This document shows positions 1-12,890 of a DNA stretch of 64,000 nt, piece by piece; position 1 is the first letter of the stretch; every line of letters begins with the position of its first letter. Position numbers and translations under genes: made by a program. The DNA lies in the NCBI GenBank assembly GCA_032718475.1, contig JAUCBJ010006756.1, positions 1 through 64,000 on the forward strand, in the 5' to 3' direction. The notes under the pieces are model-generated. The model did not search any database. It was given only the letters and a program-made list of their open reading frames with translations, and had not been told where the DNA came from. This DNA comes from Nemertoderma westbladi (taxonomy: Eukaryota; Animalia; Xenacoelomorpha).

Positions 1-944
1 GTGTGTTGGCTACATTAATGTCAACATTATTGCAAAATGTTTTATTGTTGGATTACTCTGTCAGTCTCCCCTTCAGAACATTGTATAGGGAATTTACTTT
101 AGTTTACTCTACCTTGCCATTCAGCTGAATGGATTTGAGCGATTGCCAAGTTACAGAGTTGCATCATTCTCTGACCATAGGCTAAGACATCAAATCTTTT
201 TAAAAAGATACTTTTTCCATGTTTTTTTTTCTGACCAAAAATTTCAAAAAAAAATTTTTCATAGCCAGTACTGTCAATCGATTTGCCATCAAAAATAACG
301 CAAAAAATATTTTTTGCAAAATTTTAAATTACTGTAAATTTTTGGCGACTGGGGGCCTGGGGGGGGGGGTCAATTTTTTTCGATCCGCTATAACTCCGGA
401 ACGCTTTGTCCAAATTCGATGGGGTTTTTATTTTTCAACTTAATTCGATGTCCTCTTTCAGCCTATCCATGTTTCGAAAACCCAAACAGCGCCGTTCAAA
501 AATTAATTTTTTCTAGTTCTAGAATTTTACAAATTTCAAAAAAGTTGCAGTATTTTATCAACGCTATACGGAATTCGATAACGTTTTCGATTTTTATATT
601 AAACACAATATCCTGAATCTCATTAGCCTAGTTTCGCGTCACCAATGCCAAGACTTCATATTTTTTGAGGAAAATTTTTCTAGAATAATTTTTATTTAAT
701 TACATTTATAGCAGCGATTTCTTATTACTGGTTGCACATGAATTGAGTTTTCAATTTATTAACTAAACACGATATCGCGCATCGCACCAGCGTGGTTTCG
801 AAATTCCAAAACGAGGTCTTCACTAGTTGCAGGTCGATTTTGTTCTGGAATTGAGCAACTAATAATATATCGAATTTATTAATAATTATTGTATGAAATA
901 TGATTGTATTTTTACATAATTATTAGTTCTATCAAATATTAGAC

Positions 945-1265
945 ACTATGTTTGACTTTGTCCCTTCGAGCAGCACGTGAGTTTGGCTTTGACCCTTCGA
1001 TATACTGTATGTATTTGCGCCCTTCGAGCAGCACGTGAGTTACATCAAATAATAGACACACTGTTTGACTTTGTCCCTTCGAGCAGCACGTGAGTTACAT
1101 CAAATAATAGACACACTGTTTGACTTTGTCAATTCGAGCAGCACGTGAGTTTTGCTTTAACCCTTGATATGATGTTGCGCCCTTCGAGCAGCACGTGAGT
1201 TACATCTAATAATAGACACACTGTTTGACTTTGTCCCTTCGAGCAGCACGTGCGTTTGGCTTTGA
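945..1265. repeat. Tandem ~50-60-bp repeat with core CCCTTCGAGCAGCACGTGAG
   Basis: About 6 copies of the core; the same block recurs at ~41165-41485 and ~47210-47525. Confidence 0.85.
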
Positions 1266-1284
1266 CTCTTCCAGCAGCAGGTGT

Positions 1285-2176
1285 CAATCGAGCCGAATCA
1301 TTCCTATCGAGCCGAATAGAACCAATCGAGGCAATCAAGCTGAGTCGAGCCCAATCAAGCCGAGTCAAGCCGATCGGAGCCGAGTTGAGCCCAATCAAGC
1401 CGAGCGAGCCAGACTGAGCCGAGTCAAGCCCAATCGAGTCGAGTCGAGCCCAATAGAGCCGAGTCGAGCCCAATCAATCTTAGTCGAGCCCAATTGAGCC
1501 GGTCCGAGCCAAGTCGAGCCAGACTGTGCCAAGTTGAGCCAAATCGAGCCGAGTCAAGCCCAATCAATCCAAATCGAGCCGAGTCGAGCGGATTGAACCG
1601 AATCGAGCCCAATTAATCCAAGTCGTGTCGGATCGAGCCGAGTCGAACCCAATCGAGCCGAGTCAAGCCGTGTCACACCAAATTGAGCCGGACTGAGTCG
1701 AGTCGAGACCAATCAAGCCGAGTTGAGCCCAATCGAACCGGACGGAGCCGAGTTGAGCCTAATCAAGCCGAGTCGAGCCAGACTGAGCCGAGTTAAGCCC
1801 AATTGAATCGAGTCGAGCCCAATAGAGCCGAGTCGAGCCCAATCAAGCCTAGTCGAGCCCGATTGAGCCGGACCGAGCCCAGTCGAGCTGGACTGAGCCA
1901 AGTTGAGCCAAATTGAGCCGAGTCAAGCCCAATCAATCCAAATCGAGCTGATTCGAGCCCAATCGAGCCGAGTTGAGACCAATCGAGCCGAGTCGAGCCC
2001 AATTAAGCCAAGTCGAGCCAGACCGAGCCGAGTCGAACCTAATCAAGCCGATTGAGCCGAATCGAGCTGAGTCGAGTCGAGCCCAATCAAGTCGAGTCGA
2101 GCCCAATCGAACCAAACCGAGCCGATCAAGCCAGGTCAAACTGAATCGAGCCCAATCATGCCAGACCGAGCCGAGC
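1285..2176. repeat. Pentamer-mosaic minisatellite (GAGCC/GAGTC/CAATC/AAGCC)
   Basis: Continuous 5-bp-period degenerate repeat; source of the spurious 'LGSTRLDWAR' ORFs. Confidence 0.9.
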
Positions 2177-2241
2177 TCGTTGTCTCTTTTATTTGAAATA
2201 AAAAGTCGTTTCCTTATCGGGCCGCTAGGCCCATCACTAGT

Positions 2242-3712
2242 TAGCAAGTCGTTAGACTTGATTACTGTAAGAATTGTTAGCTGACTGGCTGGCTGACTGG
2301 CTGGCTGGCTGACCTACAGCCAAAACTACTCTAACGATTTTGATGAAATTTTCACAGCATCTAGATACCGCGATTCTAAGGTCCCTGGCATGATCGGCTA
2401 CTCCGTCCATAGCCTCTGGGCTCGAAAAATAGAGATAAACGAAAAAACGCCATAGGCGCAATGGTAAAATAACACCCATGACAGCTGGTGTCCTGATGAA
2501 AAATGGCTTATGTACACAAGGCTTAGTATAAATCGATGAGGTTGCCAAGATTATTGTACTTAGTACACCCATACTGTTTGTTTAGGCCCTGCACTCTCTG
2601 TCAAAGCAAATATTAACTGGTTGATTTTGTTTGTGGTTCTACACAGGCTTAGTATAAATTGATGAGGCTGCCAACTGGTTGGTTTAGTTTGCAATCTATT
2701 ACTGCCTCAGCTGAATAACTCTTCCCCCTGCTGAATGACTATTAGGTATACAGTGTATCGGCTACATTAATGCCAACATTAATACTGTGGAGGCTGTATG
2801 CTTATAAGGTGGAATGTTTACTCAGCCTTATACTGATACTCTGTAAGGCTAAGACTAACATTATAGTTTGAAATATAAAAATCACTTATTATTATCTGTA
2901 TTGGGTTAATAATCACTGTGGCATTCAAAATGTTTTATAGGTGATTGACATTTAGTGCAAGCTGAATGACTGTTAGTTACAGAGTACTACTGCACTGTAT
3001 TTTATTTTTAAATCTTTCGTCCAACATTAATACTTTGGAGGTTGTATGCTTATAAGGCGAATGTTTACTCAGCTTCATACTGATACACTGTAAGGCTAAC
3101 ACTAACATTATAGTTTAAAACATAAAAATCACTGCTTATTATCTGTATCAGGTTACACACTGTGGCATTCAAAATGTTTAAATGTTTTATAGGTGATTGA
3201 TATTTAGTGCAAGCTGAATGACTGTAGGTTACAGAGTACTATTGCACTGTATTTTATTTTTAAATCTTTTGGCCAACATTAATACTGTGGAGGCTGTATG
3301 CTTATAAGGCGGAATGTTTACTCAGCCTCATACTGATACTCTGTAAGGCTTACACTAACATTATAGTTTGAAATATAAAAGTAACTGCTTATTATCTGTA
3401 TTGGGTTAATCACTGTGGCATTCAAAATGTTTTGTTAGGTGAATGACATTTAGTGGCTAAGATTATTCTCTGTCAGATTCCCTTCACACCATAGGCAAAC
3501 ATTGTTGAGGCTGAGGGAATTTACTTTAGTTTACTCTACTGAGTCATTCAGCTGAATGGATTTGAGCAATTGCCAAATTACAGAGTGGGATCTCTCTCTG
3601 ACCATAGATAAATAACACTTCCCTTCTGAACAAAGGTAAATATTGTTGTGGGAACTTACCTTTGATTGACGACTTCCGACTTGCTTAACGGCGTCTTGAC
3701 GCCGTCTCTAGT
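2242..3712 (+). mobile_element. HINE subfamily X, complete copy (~1.47 kb)
   Basis: 5' TT-AGCAAGTCG with stem-loop CAAGTC-gtta-GACTTG, then a (CTGG/CTGA)n microsatellite; 3' reverse-complement subTIR CGACTTGCT, hairpin ACGGCGTC-tt-GACGCCGT and CTAG|TT; DINE-1/HINE architecture. Confidence 0.8.
2773..3440. repeat. Three ~250-bp internal tandem repeats of HINE-X
   Basis: CCAACATTAATACT(G/T)TGGAGG starts at ~2773, ~3020 and ~3273; same in the copy at 43230-44734. Confidence 0.85.
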
Positions 3713-4610
3713 TAGGAACCGAGAGGTTCATTACTGTAAGAATTGCTCGAGACTGGCTGGCTGACTGACTGACTAATCTACAGCCAAAACTACTCTAACG
3801 ATTTTGATGAAATTTTCACAGCGGCTAGATACCGCGATTCTAAGGTCCCTGGTATGTTCCGCTATTTCGTCCATGAGCCGTGGGCTCGAAAAATAGACAT
3901 AAACGAAAAAACGCCATAGGCACAATGGTAAAATAACACCCATGACAGCTGGTGTCGTGATGAAAAATGGCTTATGTAATGCATTTCTACAGAAGGCTTA
4001 GTAATAAATCGATGAGGTTGCCAAGATTATTATACTCAGTACACCCATACTGTTTGTATAGGCCACCACTCTCTGTCAAAGCAAACATTAACTGGTGGTT
4101 GGTTTAGTTTGAAATCTAATGTCGCCTCAGATGAATTACTCTTCCCAATGCTACCTATGGGAATATCTCACTCTGCTAATAATGTAAGCTGAATGACTTA
4201 AGTACACAGTGTGTTAGCTACATTAATGCCAACATTATTGCAAAATGTTTTATTGTTGGATTACTCTCTGTCAGTCTCCCCTTCAGAACATTGTATAGGG
4301 AATTTACTTTAGTTTACTCTACTCTGCCATTCAGCTGAATGGATTTGAGCGATTGCCAAGTTACAGAGTTGCATCATTCTCTGACCATAGGCAAAGACAT
4401 CAAATCTTTTTAAAAATATACTTTTTCCATGTTTTTTTTCTGACCAAAAATTTCAAAAAAAAATTTTTCGTAGCCACTACTGCCAATCGATTCGCCATCA
4501 AAAATAACGCAAAAAATATTTTTTGCAAAATTTTAAATTACTGTAAATTTTTGGCGACTGGGGGGGGGGGGTCAATTTTTTTCGATACGCTATAACTCCG
4601 GAACGCTTTG

Positions 4611-7600
4611 TGTTCGCGCTTTTAGACCTTTAGCAGTTTAACCTGCCAAATTTAGGTGTCTTCTAGGTTATAAATCGACTTTAGCCTATGACAAGTATTT
4701 GATACACTACATTAGCCGAAGCCAGCCTATGCGCGACCATTCACCCACTGGATTTACCCGGGAGACTGGATTCGGATGCTCTGACCTTATTGCGGTGTAG
4801 GCCTACTGTATTATTCGATTGATCGTTAATATATAATCTCTGACAAATATTATTCACTTTCGGGAAATATTAACAGTTCCTTTAGGACGTGGCGCTCTAA
4901 GTATGTAAACAGAGTTATGACTTACACTAAACACAACGGGATGGCTAATGATTCACGTATAAAGCGCATTCTTTAGGAGATGCTTTGTTATCTATCACAC
5001 TCATGCACACTACCGCACAATGCTGCACACCGATCTGTCGACCTTCACTAATTTTAATCATATATAAGGAGAACAGCAACCGACACATGTAGTGCCTATG
5101 AAATAGCATTAGATTCACTCCAAAACCACTATAATGTAAGTCGCAATTGCTATATGTAACCGGTCTCTCTAACCTTCAGTATATCAAGAAGATTGGGGTT
5201 TTCTGATTATTTATCGATATTCTCCAAATATAACAATATTCCATCAACTGATACAATTAATAACCGACAGTAAATAGCAGTAAAATAATGCGGTGTTTGT
5301 ATGTGACCAGGTTTGTTATGAGTTCGTTAGATAGAATAACAGTTATACGTTTCTATGATCAAAGCCGTTCTAATGTTTTGCTAAAGTCTGAAACACAGAA
5401 TAATTCCACAGCCGATGTTCTAGGCATAGGAAAAAAGGTAAACATAAACCAGCCCTGCAAACAATTTAACGTTAATGATGCATTAATATACGTTATTTTC
5501 TGACAATGCCAACGTTAATTATTAACGTAAAAAATAGATATAAATAACGTTAGTTTGGCCGCCCTTTTAACGTTAAAAATTAACGCAAATTAACGTTAAT
5601 TTTAAACGGTAGTGATTTGGATCGTCAAAATATATTGCATGTTTAACGTTAAAAAATGACATATTACTGACAATCACTTTGGATCGTTGGAATATATTGT
5701 ATGTTTAACGTTAAAAAATTACATATTACACTCATATTAAACAGTTAGGGTAGGGTGGGTTGACCTCAGGTGACTAATGGAATTAATAACATCAGTTAAA
5801 TTAAAAGCTTTCTCCCATCAGGGCTTCTTCGGGTAATTAATAAAAATGCATACAAACAGATCTCACCAATCAATTTTCAGATTTGAAATCCTCTATTTTA
5901 TGTCTTTTGTATTGCACTTAGGCTCATTTTCCTTTGTAACACTAGGCCCTATACATATGTGTGACTTACGGTCCTTTTACATTGAATTGCTCGAGAACTA
6001 GAGTAGATTGCACGGCAGATATGTCCTACTACACCCCCCCCCCCCCCACACTACTGACGAGGTACGTCCAACTAAGCACCCTTCCCCATCCCCAGTGTTG
6101 AGGTACGACCGAATACCCCCCCCCCCCCCGGATAATATTATGTTATCATGAAACATTTTACTATTACGTCTACATGATATCCCATTTTGACCCTAGAAAT
6201 AAAAAAATAAATTTGGATAACCCCACATTGTTTCATTGCAAAATACAGTAGGATATCTGAAATAAAACTAATTGAAAAATGGGGTATCCCCTAATTAAAC
6301 ACCTTAATTAACATAACACTAATTGCCATAAATATTTGTAATTAGTTACCAGATTCGATGGAAGGAATTAATTTATAGTTATTACCAATTCTCTATATCT
6401 CTATATTAGTTTTTAAGCTGATATTATATCATTTAAGGAGTTCGGACGCAGTGAGGGTAGGGAGATCAAATTTCATACTAATTTGGTAACCCGGTACTAA
6501 ATTGCCAATTGGGGTGTCGTTTCAGTCTTCCCATAAGGTTAATGTTAAATTAAATATTGAAAACTTAGTGCCTAGATGTAAAAATTGTCCTGTAAATTGT
6601 GCTCCAAAATTTAGTTTATTGTTTTGGTTAGAAAAGCCTGCTTGCTACTAATTGCTCATTTCCTTTAAAATGTACATGGCTTAAATGGTGAAATCTTATC
6701 AACATTAAATATTCACGAAATTAAGTTAATTATATGTTAAAATAGGCTGAAACGACACCACAATTGGTAATATGCAAACCGGGCTCCATGTCATTTGTTA
6801 CGGATTATTTAGAAAAACGCTGGTCTTTTTGACTCGGCGAATAAGCCACACTTGGAATTGTCCATAAACGCTATTTAAACTATTGAACGGTAGTTTGTTT
6901 TTTCAGTGTAGTACACATGATCTCAACTGAACAATACACATGTGATACATTTAGTATAATTCAGATGGTTAGGTCAGGTTATTAACTCAACCAGCTACTC
7001 TAGACAGGAAAAAAGATGACCCCGTATTCACAAATTCTGTTTACTACTTATTTCAACAATACAACAGAGAGACCACAGGTGAGTCAACAGAGCGAACCAA
7101 TGAGAGTCAAATAAGAGACAACTGTTGAGTCAACCGAAAGAATATGTATGAGTATTTTCAGGACACATTATCCTGAATAATAATGAATATGTGATAGATT
7201 GCCCACAGATACGGTCAAATTCTTACTGTTTATAGTGATGTAATTAAGCGCAATCTCCTGGTAGAATACAGTATAACACTGGTATTGCCGATAAAATAGG
7301 AATCGTGTTGATCAAGTTTTTCGATTTGTAAATGTATGTGGTAGTCAGTTACTGTAACTCTTGGTAACCTTAATTAGGTCCATGGCCCAAAGTATGTCTC
7401 GTTTCTTTCGTCACCTCCAATAATATCGCATTCGTACAAAGTTAGTTTATCAATTAGTTTTTTTCGTCTCCTGAACATTTCGTCGCTAAAACCATTTTGT
7501 TTTTTATCGATATATAATCTTCAATAAAATTACTTAATAAAAGTCAAAACGTTATGACCATGAAGATGGAATTGTCAATAAAATTTATGCCCTGGCTATA

Positions 7601-8468
7601 CTGTACGCTTGGATGCTGACTAGTAAGGAAAATATTTAAAAATAATATTTGAAAAATTACACTCGTATCACAAAAATTTAACAAAATACGAAATGAACAA
7701 AGTCATCGGATGGTCAGCTAGACATAGATATGTTATCCATTGATAAATCAGTTAAGTGATTCACTAATCATTGTTAAAATCTGATGTATTTTAATGCTAA
7801 ATTAACGTTAATAATGAACGTTAAAAATTAACGTTAAAAATTAACATTAAAGTAACGTTAAAAAATATGGTATTGTCAGATAATTGTCTATTTTTGACGT
7901 ATAATTACTGTAAAAAATTAACGTTAAAAATTAACATTAAAGTAACGTTAAAAAATATGGTATTTATCAGATAATTGTCTATTTTTGACGTATAATTACT
8001 GTAAAAAATTAACGTTAAAAATTGACAGAATTTTAACGTATTTTAACGTAGGTTTATGGTTAAATTCTAACTGTCATTTTTTAACGAATGTCTAACATAA
8101 ACCCAACGTTAGATTAACGTTGGTGGTTTGCAGGGAGAATGCATTGCGCGATTTCCCGGAGGTTTCTGTACAAATAAAATGAAAATCGCTCTGATTGGTC
8201 GACCGAACAAAGAACAAAGAAAAAGTTACACGTGGACATATCAGCTGATAGATGTCGTCATAAGAACTTACACTGTATCAAGAGTATTTTGGCGTATTGC
8301 GACATAAAATCGCTAGTTATGTCCGCTAAAGTACACATACAGAAGAAATGGCTTTTTATGTCCACTAAAACACCAGTACAGTAAGGAAACGGCTTTTTAT
8401 GTCCGCTAAAACACCTACAGAGTACTTTGCGGGGAAAATGACTAGCTAATTCCGCAAAAGCCTTTACA
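4611..8468 (-). repeat. 3' LTR of element A (interrupted by a DNA transposon at 5453-8135)
   Basis: Matches 39744-40627; TGTTCGCG...CCTTTACA; adjacent purine-rich tract (sense CTGGGAGCGG, 8469-8478). Confidence 0.93.
5453..8135. mobile_element. Non-autonomous DNA transposon, probably CMC/EnSpm(CACTA)-like, 2683 bp
   Basis: TIRs CCCTGCAAAC / GTTTGCAGGG, 2-bp TSD AG (empty site AAACCAGAATGC in the other LTR), dense subterminal AACGTT motifs at both ends, no ORF; superfamily inferred from CCC ends plus 2-bp TSD. Confidence 0.8.
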
Positions 8469-8546
8469 CCGCTCCCAGAAAATGGGATTTAATTCTATAA
8501 AATATAAAAAATCACAGTTTCTAAAATATAAAAATACTCTAAACAG

Positions 8547-10098
8547 TTAGTCTTTCTTGCGAGGATGGCGTTTACGCAGTTTTTTGAGGCTAGCAAGAGT
8601 CCTTTTCTCTTTGGGGCGAGCCACTTTACTAGGAGGGCTATAACTCCTGGGTGAAGGGTGCAATACAATTGCATCGGAAGGTTTAGGATTACGATCGATG
8701 TATCCGCCGGTCGAGGTACCTGGTTGATCTATATCAACCTCAGTGGAACGAGGTCGAACAACCTGGAGAGCGCATTTTAAGACAGCAGCTCTTATTGGTC
8801 CCTGACGGGTCGTTTGCACGAAAGCGGTAAGTGGACCGTGTGTAGTAAGAAATTTCCTCGGTTTGATAATTCTTTTCAACTCGCGTTCTCGGGCTCTATC
8901 AGAATCGATATGCTTCTCCTCGAGCTGATTTTCCTCCGCTTTGCATTGAAAGCATTCGTCCAAAACTCTTGCAGAAAGTAGAGTCGTCCAAGTTCGATAT
9001 CTTCTTAGGGATTCCGGATTTCCTGATCGAACTGAGATAAAGCTAATTCGTTTACCGCTTGGACTTGCTGCTGCAATTTACGTTTCTCTAAACAATTGTA
9101 GGTTCCTTTTCCGATCTTTTGACGAATAGTGTCCAACGCGTTTCGTACAACTCTCTCCTCCGCCTCGGTGACAGGTTGTATCGGGTTAAACAGGGACGAT
9201 GATACGGTTGAATGGCGATATTAGATGTCCGCGTCTCAATCCGACTAAGTAAGATGGGTGAATATTTAGGGAGCCCACAACCGGAGTGCCACCGACTAAC
9301 TGTTCGGGTAACACTAGATCTTTGAACAGTGAGTACAGTTCGGGAGGATCCGTGATACTATTAGGATCAAGAGTCTGAGGTCTAACTAGGGAATGAGGAG
9401 GTCTGACCGAGTATTCCGGAACTCTGATCATAGGTTTATTTAAGGATCGTTTGAATCGAGCGAGCGTAGGTGATACATCGAACAAGTTTCGCTTGAAACT
9501 CCCGTAAATATAGCGAGTAAAACCGTGTTTAAAGCAACGTCTCCGCGGATGTTTATGTCTTTCCGTTTGTTGGTTGGGTCTTGGGCATTCATCGCAATAA
9601 TACCAAAGACGCACGTCTTGTAGGGGAAACGCGGGTGATATTTATTCGGTTTTACAACGTTTCTCTCAAGAATTCCAAATATACGTTGGAGTTACTGCGT
9701 TTATCCGGTTCTTTAACGTCTTCTCTTTCGAGTCGATTTCGAATAGAATTTTTGCGTTCGATTTTCAGTTTATCGTTCCGACTCCGCTGGGTAGGATATT
9801 TAAATAGTACCATTTCCCTTTCGGTGTCGACATCATCCGTATCGTGTAAATCGATAGGATGACCAGTAGTTAAGAAGTCCATATGCGTACCATTACGATG
9901 CGTATAGCGAGCAGTGAATTTTCGATAGTCAAATTCACGCGTAAGTTGCTCCTGGGACATCGGCGGTTCGATATAACGACCATTGTCCTCCGTAGTAGTT
10001 GGACTAGCGTTGCTGCGTATCAAGCTATCAATAAACGCTTGCAACGGTAGAGTATATTTCTCCCTGATACCAAGATCATCTTCTATCAACTCAGTCAT
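8547..10098 (-). pseudogene. Fragmented accessory ORF of element A between pol and the PPT, unknown function
   Basis: Consecutive minus-strand ORFs 10098-9652, 9614-9186 and 8963-8547 (last two in one frame, separated by two stops); more GC-rich than the flanks; basic C-terminus LKKLRKRHPRKKD. Confidence 0.55.
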
Positions 10099-11855
10099 AG
10101 CTGCTATATGAGTTTATCAATATTATAATTAGTTATAATTAGGCTAGCGAGCGTCGCTGCCTACCCCACTCGGCCCCTGGACAGCGCAAGATCCTCAGCG
10201 CTGGTGTACTTTCGCCGATGTGCCTATCGCCAACATAGTAGCTGCACAACGACCACAACAACCAGCGTGAGTCACTCCACCGTCCGTCCCAAAGGCTTAG
10301 ATTTACTTCAGGTTCTTACTGGAGAGTTAGGGCTACTTTCACAATTGCGACTCGCTACTGTAAACACACTTTAGTATAACATTCACCTATAAACGCACAA
10401 ATTCCACACAACTGTCACAAACCGCACACATTCGGGCCATTTGTCCGTTAGTCAAGTGCCTTCCAGAATGCCACGTTATTATTGGGTATCCTTGGATACT
10501 AGCAGTGTGCTATTTATTCCTTATGCTATTCAATAGGGCAAGGTTTTATTGTGCTTTTAACTCACTTCTATTTCTAGCGTGGTGGTTGCCATGGTGACAT
10601 TATGGAAAGCTAGCGGTAGAATTAGGGTAATTCCCATGCATACAGATCTGGGATGCTATTTAATAGTAATTCTTTAATTGTCAATATCTCCCTTATACAT
10701 GATTTTATGAATTTTTATCGGCTATTGACTATATATTGGAGATTCTCGCACACTAATACACTTAATAGGGTGAATCTCTGCTCCCATGATCTATTAATTA
10801 ATGGAATTTTGGGAATGTTATAAATTGCATAAAAATGACAATTTATCAAATTCATTAAAAGATATGAATTTAAATTTATTCCCGTAAATTTTATTATTTA
10901 ATATTAAATAGACACAATTTTATTCCAGAGCATGTCTGGGGACTAGGATCCTGAATTCTAGGAAATTTGTCCTTTTAAGAGTATCGGTAAGTGCAACGAT
11001 ATCTTAATAGACTAGAATTTTAAAGGATCTAAAATTTTACAGATTTTAATTTATAGAATTTCTAGAGTTAACTTGTAAGTAGTTACTCTATTGTATCTAT
11101 TTGACAGATTTTATAAATATTAATAGTTAATATTTAAGATGGGCACCGATTTATTCCAGAACATGTCTGGGGACGTTAACCACTGATTCTAGAATTTTGT
11201 CTTTCAAGTATATCGGTGGGTGCCGCGATATCTTAATCGACTAGAATTACAGATGGTCAAAGGGTTTAACAGATTTATTTTGCGATTTACGCTACTGTTA
11301 AAGGGACATCACGCTACTATATGTATTATTTAATATACGGTATGAGAGCAATATCGCAAGAAGCAATGTCAGTGAGAGGAGGCAAGTCGTTTCCAAGGTC
11401 TACCCAGAGCTTGGTTTAGCCGAGACACGAGGATCTGAATTTTGCATTGCTAATACTCTACTTACCAATAATACTTGAATATAGTAGGAGCTTTATTGTA
11501 CTTTAATAAGTACGGACATTTCATCTTACTGTAGTCACGTATTTATAATGTAATATGGACAGTAAGGAAAGAGAAAAAGAATTATTTCTCGCCGTCGCAC
11601 TAAATATAATATATAAGTAATTAAGTAATAAACGCGAATATATATATGGCACTAATCTACTAAATAATCGCTAAAATAACATTCTACTAAATAAAATTAA
11701 AGAAAACGATTATAATAAAATTACATAATGATACATACATAAATATAAAATAATAAGAACAAATATAAAATAATATAGTCACACACCCACTCCAGATGCT
11801 GTCACGTTGGGGAGTCCCTAGATATTTGTTGGATTAGGGAGGTGGTCGTGGGAAG

Positions 11856-12428
11856 TGTTCGCGGCGGAACTACTGAACTGAGTAATCTGATGATGAACTG
11901 AAATGTGTACTGTATCTGCATTCTAATTCTATTGAGAACAATAGTCTACGCCGCTAAACTATGTTCCATTTTGGTTGATCGCTAATTCTGTCTGCATGGA
12001 CTGATGGAAAAGGTTTAAAGACAGTTGTTGTGACATCTTACATTGTATTTGGAAATGTAGTAATTGTAATTACCATAGGCGAATGAATATGACTAAACTA
12101 AAGTATCTAAATATTATACTGCCGGACTGGATATTATCTAAAGTAAAGATCTACTAAGGCTGCAATGTCTGAATGTAAAAGAAAGGGTGCTGAATTCTGA
12201 ATGAAGGAGTACTGAAGTAGGAAAGCGGAAAAGGCAGAAAAAGTAATAACCAAATTTGTGGGAAAAATGTTGTGATTGAAATAGAATACAGAATGAATCG
12301 GAAAGTCTGATGGTTGAGCTTTATATACGGTCTGAATCTGAATGCTGATTGGTTACTCTATTCTGAGACATACTGTACAGTATGTCGAATAAATATATTT
12401 TGTTGAAAATGGCATTTCGCCGATGACA
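11856..12428 (-). repeat. 3' LTR of element B (573 bp)
   Basis: Near-identical to 28010-28591; TGTTCGCG...GATGACA. Confidence 0.95.
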
Positions 12429-12592
12429 GTCCCCCCTACAATTTATGACGAACATTTTCGCAATAAATTGGATTGAACTACGTGGCGAAATGTTACGACA
12501 TGTTTATTTTAATTCTGTAGGGATATACAGTATTATAATTTTTTATTTAATTAGGGTGTGTATTATTACAAATTGAATCATATTTAATTGAC

Positions 12593-12890
12593 TGGACGTA
12601 GAAAGGGCACATATAGGACGTACAAAGGGCACATATAGGACGTACAAAGGGCACATATAGGACGTACAAAGGGCACATATAGGACGTACAATTAAAAGTA
12701 TGGATTAAAACCATACAAAAGGGCACATATAGGACGTACAATTAAAAGTATGGATTAAAACCATACAAAAGGGCACATATAGGACGTACAATTAAAAGTA
12801 TGGATTAAAACCATACAGACGACGGATGTGGACATACAAAGGGCACATATAGGACGTACAATTAAAAGTATGGATTAAAACCATACGAAA
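12593..12890. repeat. Tandem repeats in the 3' UTR of B (22-bp AAAGGGCACATATAGGACGTAC plus a 50-bp compound unit)
   Basis: Directly visible repeats. Confidence 0.9.

Larger units (their letters stand above)
1..2241 (+). mobile_element. Helentron/DINE-1-like non-autonomous element (HINE), subfamily Y, 3' part (long variant with satellite cassette)
   Basis: Ends with subTIR variant TCGTTTCCT, GC hairpin GGGCC-GCTA-GGCCC and CTAG|TT at 2237-2242; near-identical to other Y copies (e.g. 40628-42417). Confidence 0.75.

Noticed and set aside
219-616. Recurrent 'FFLTKNFKKKFF...' ORFs (also 4353, 40643, 45380, 49764, 53011)
   Set aside because: Lie in the non-coding HINE body; frames shift between copies at homopolymer runs
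1129-2284. ORFs such as LGSTRLDWARL / EPSRAQSS (also 41346-42291 and 47957-48875)
   Set aside because: Artefacts of the pentamer minisatellite, open in several frames on both strands
8547-10098. env gene assignment for A's extra ORF
   Set aside because: No signal peptide, fusion peptide or transmembrane anchor visible
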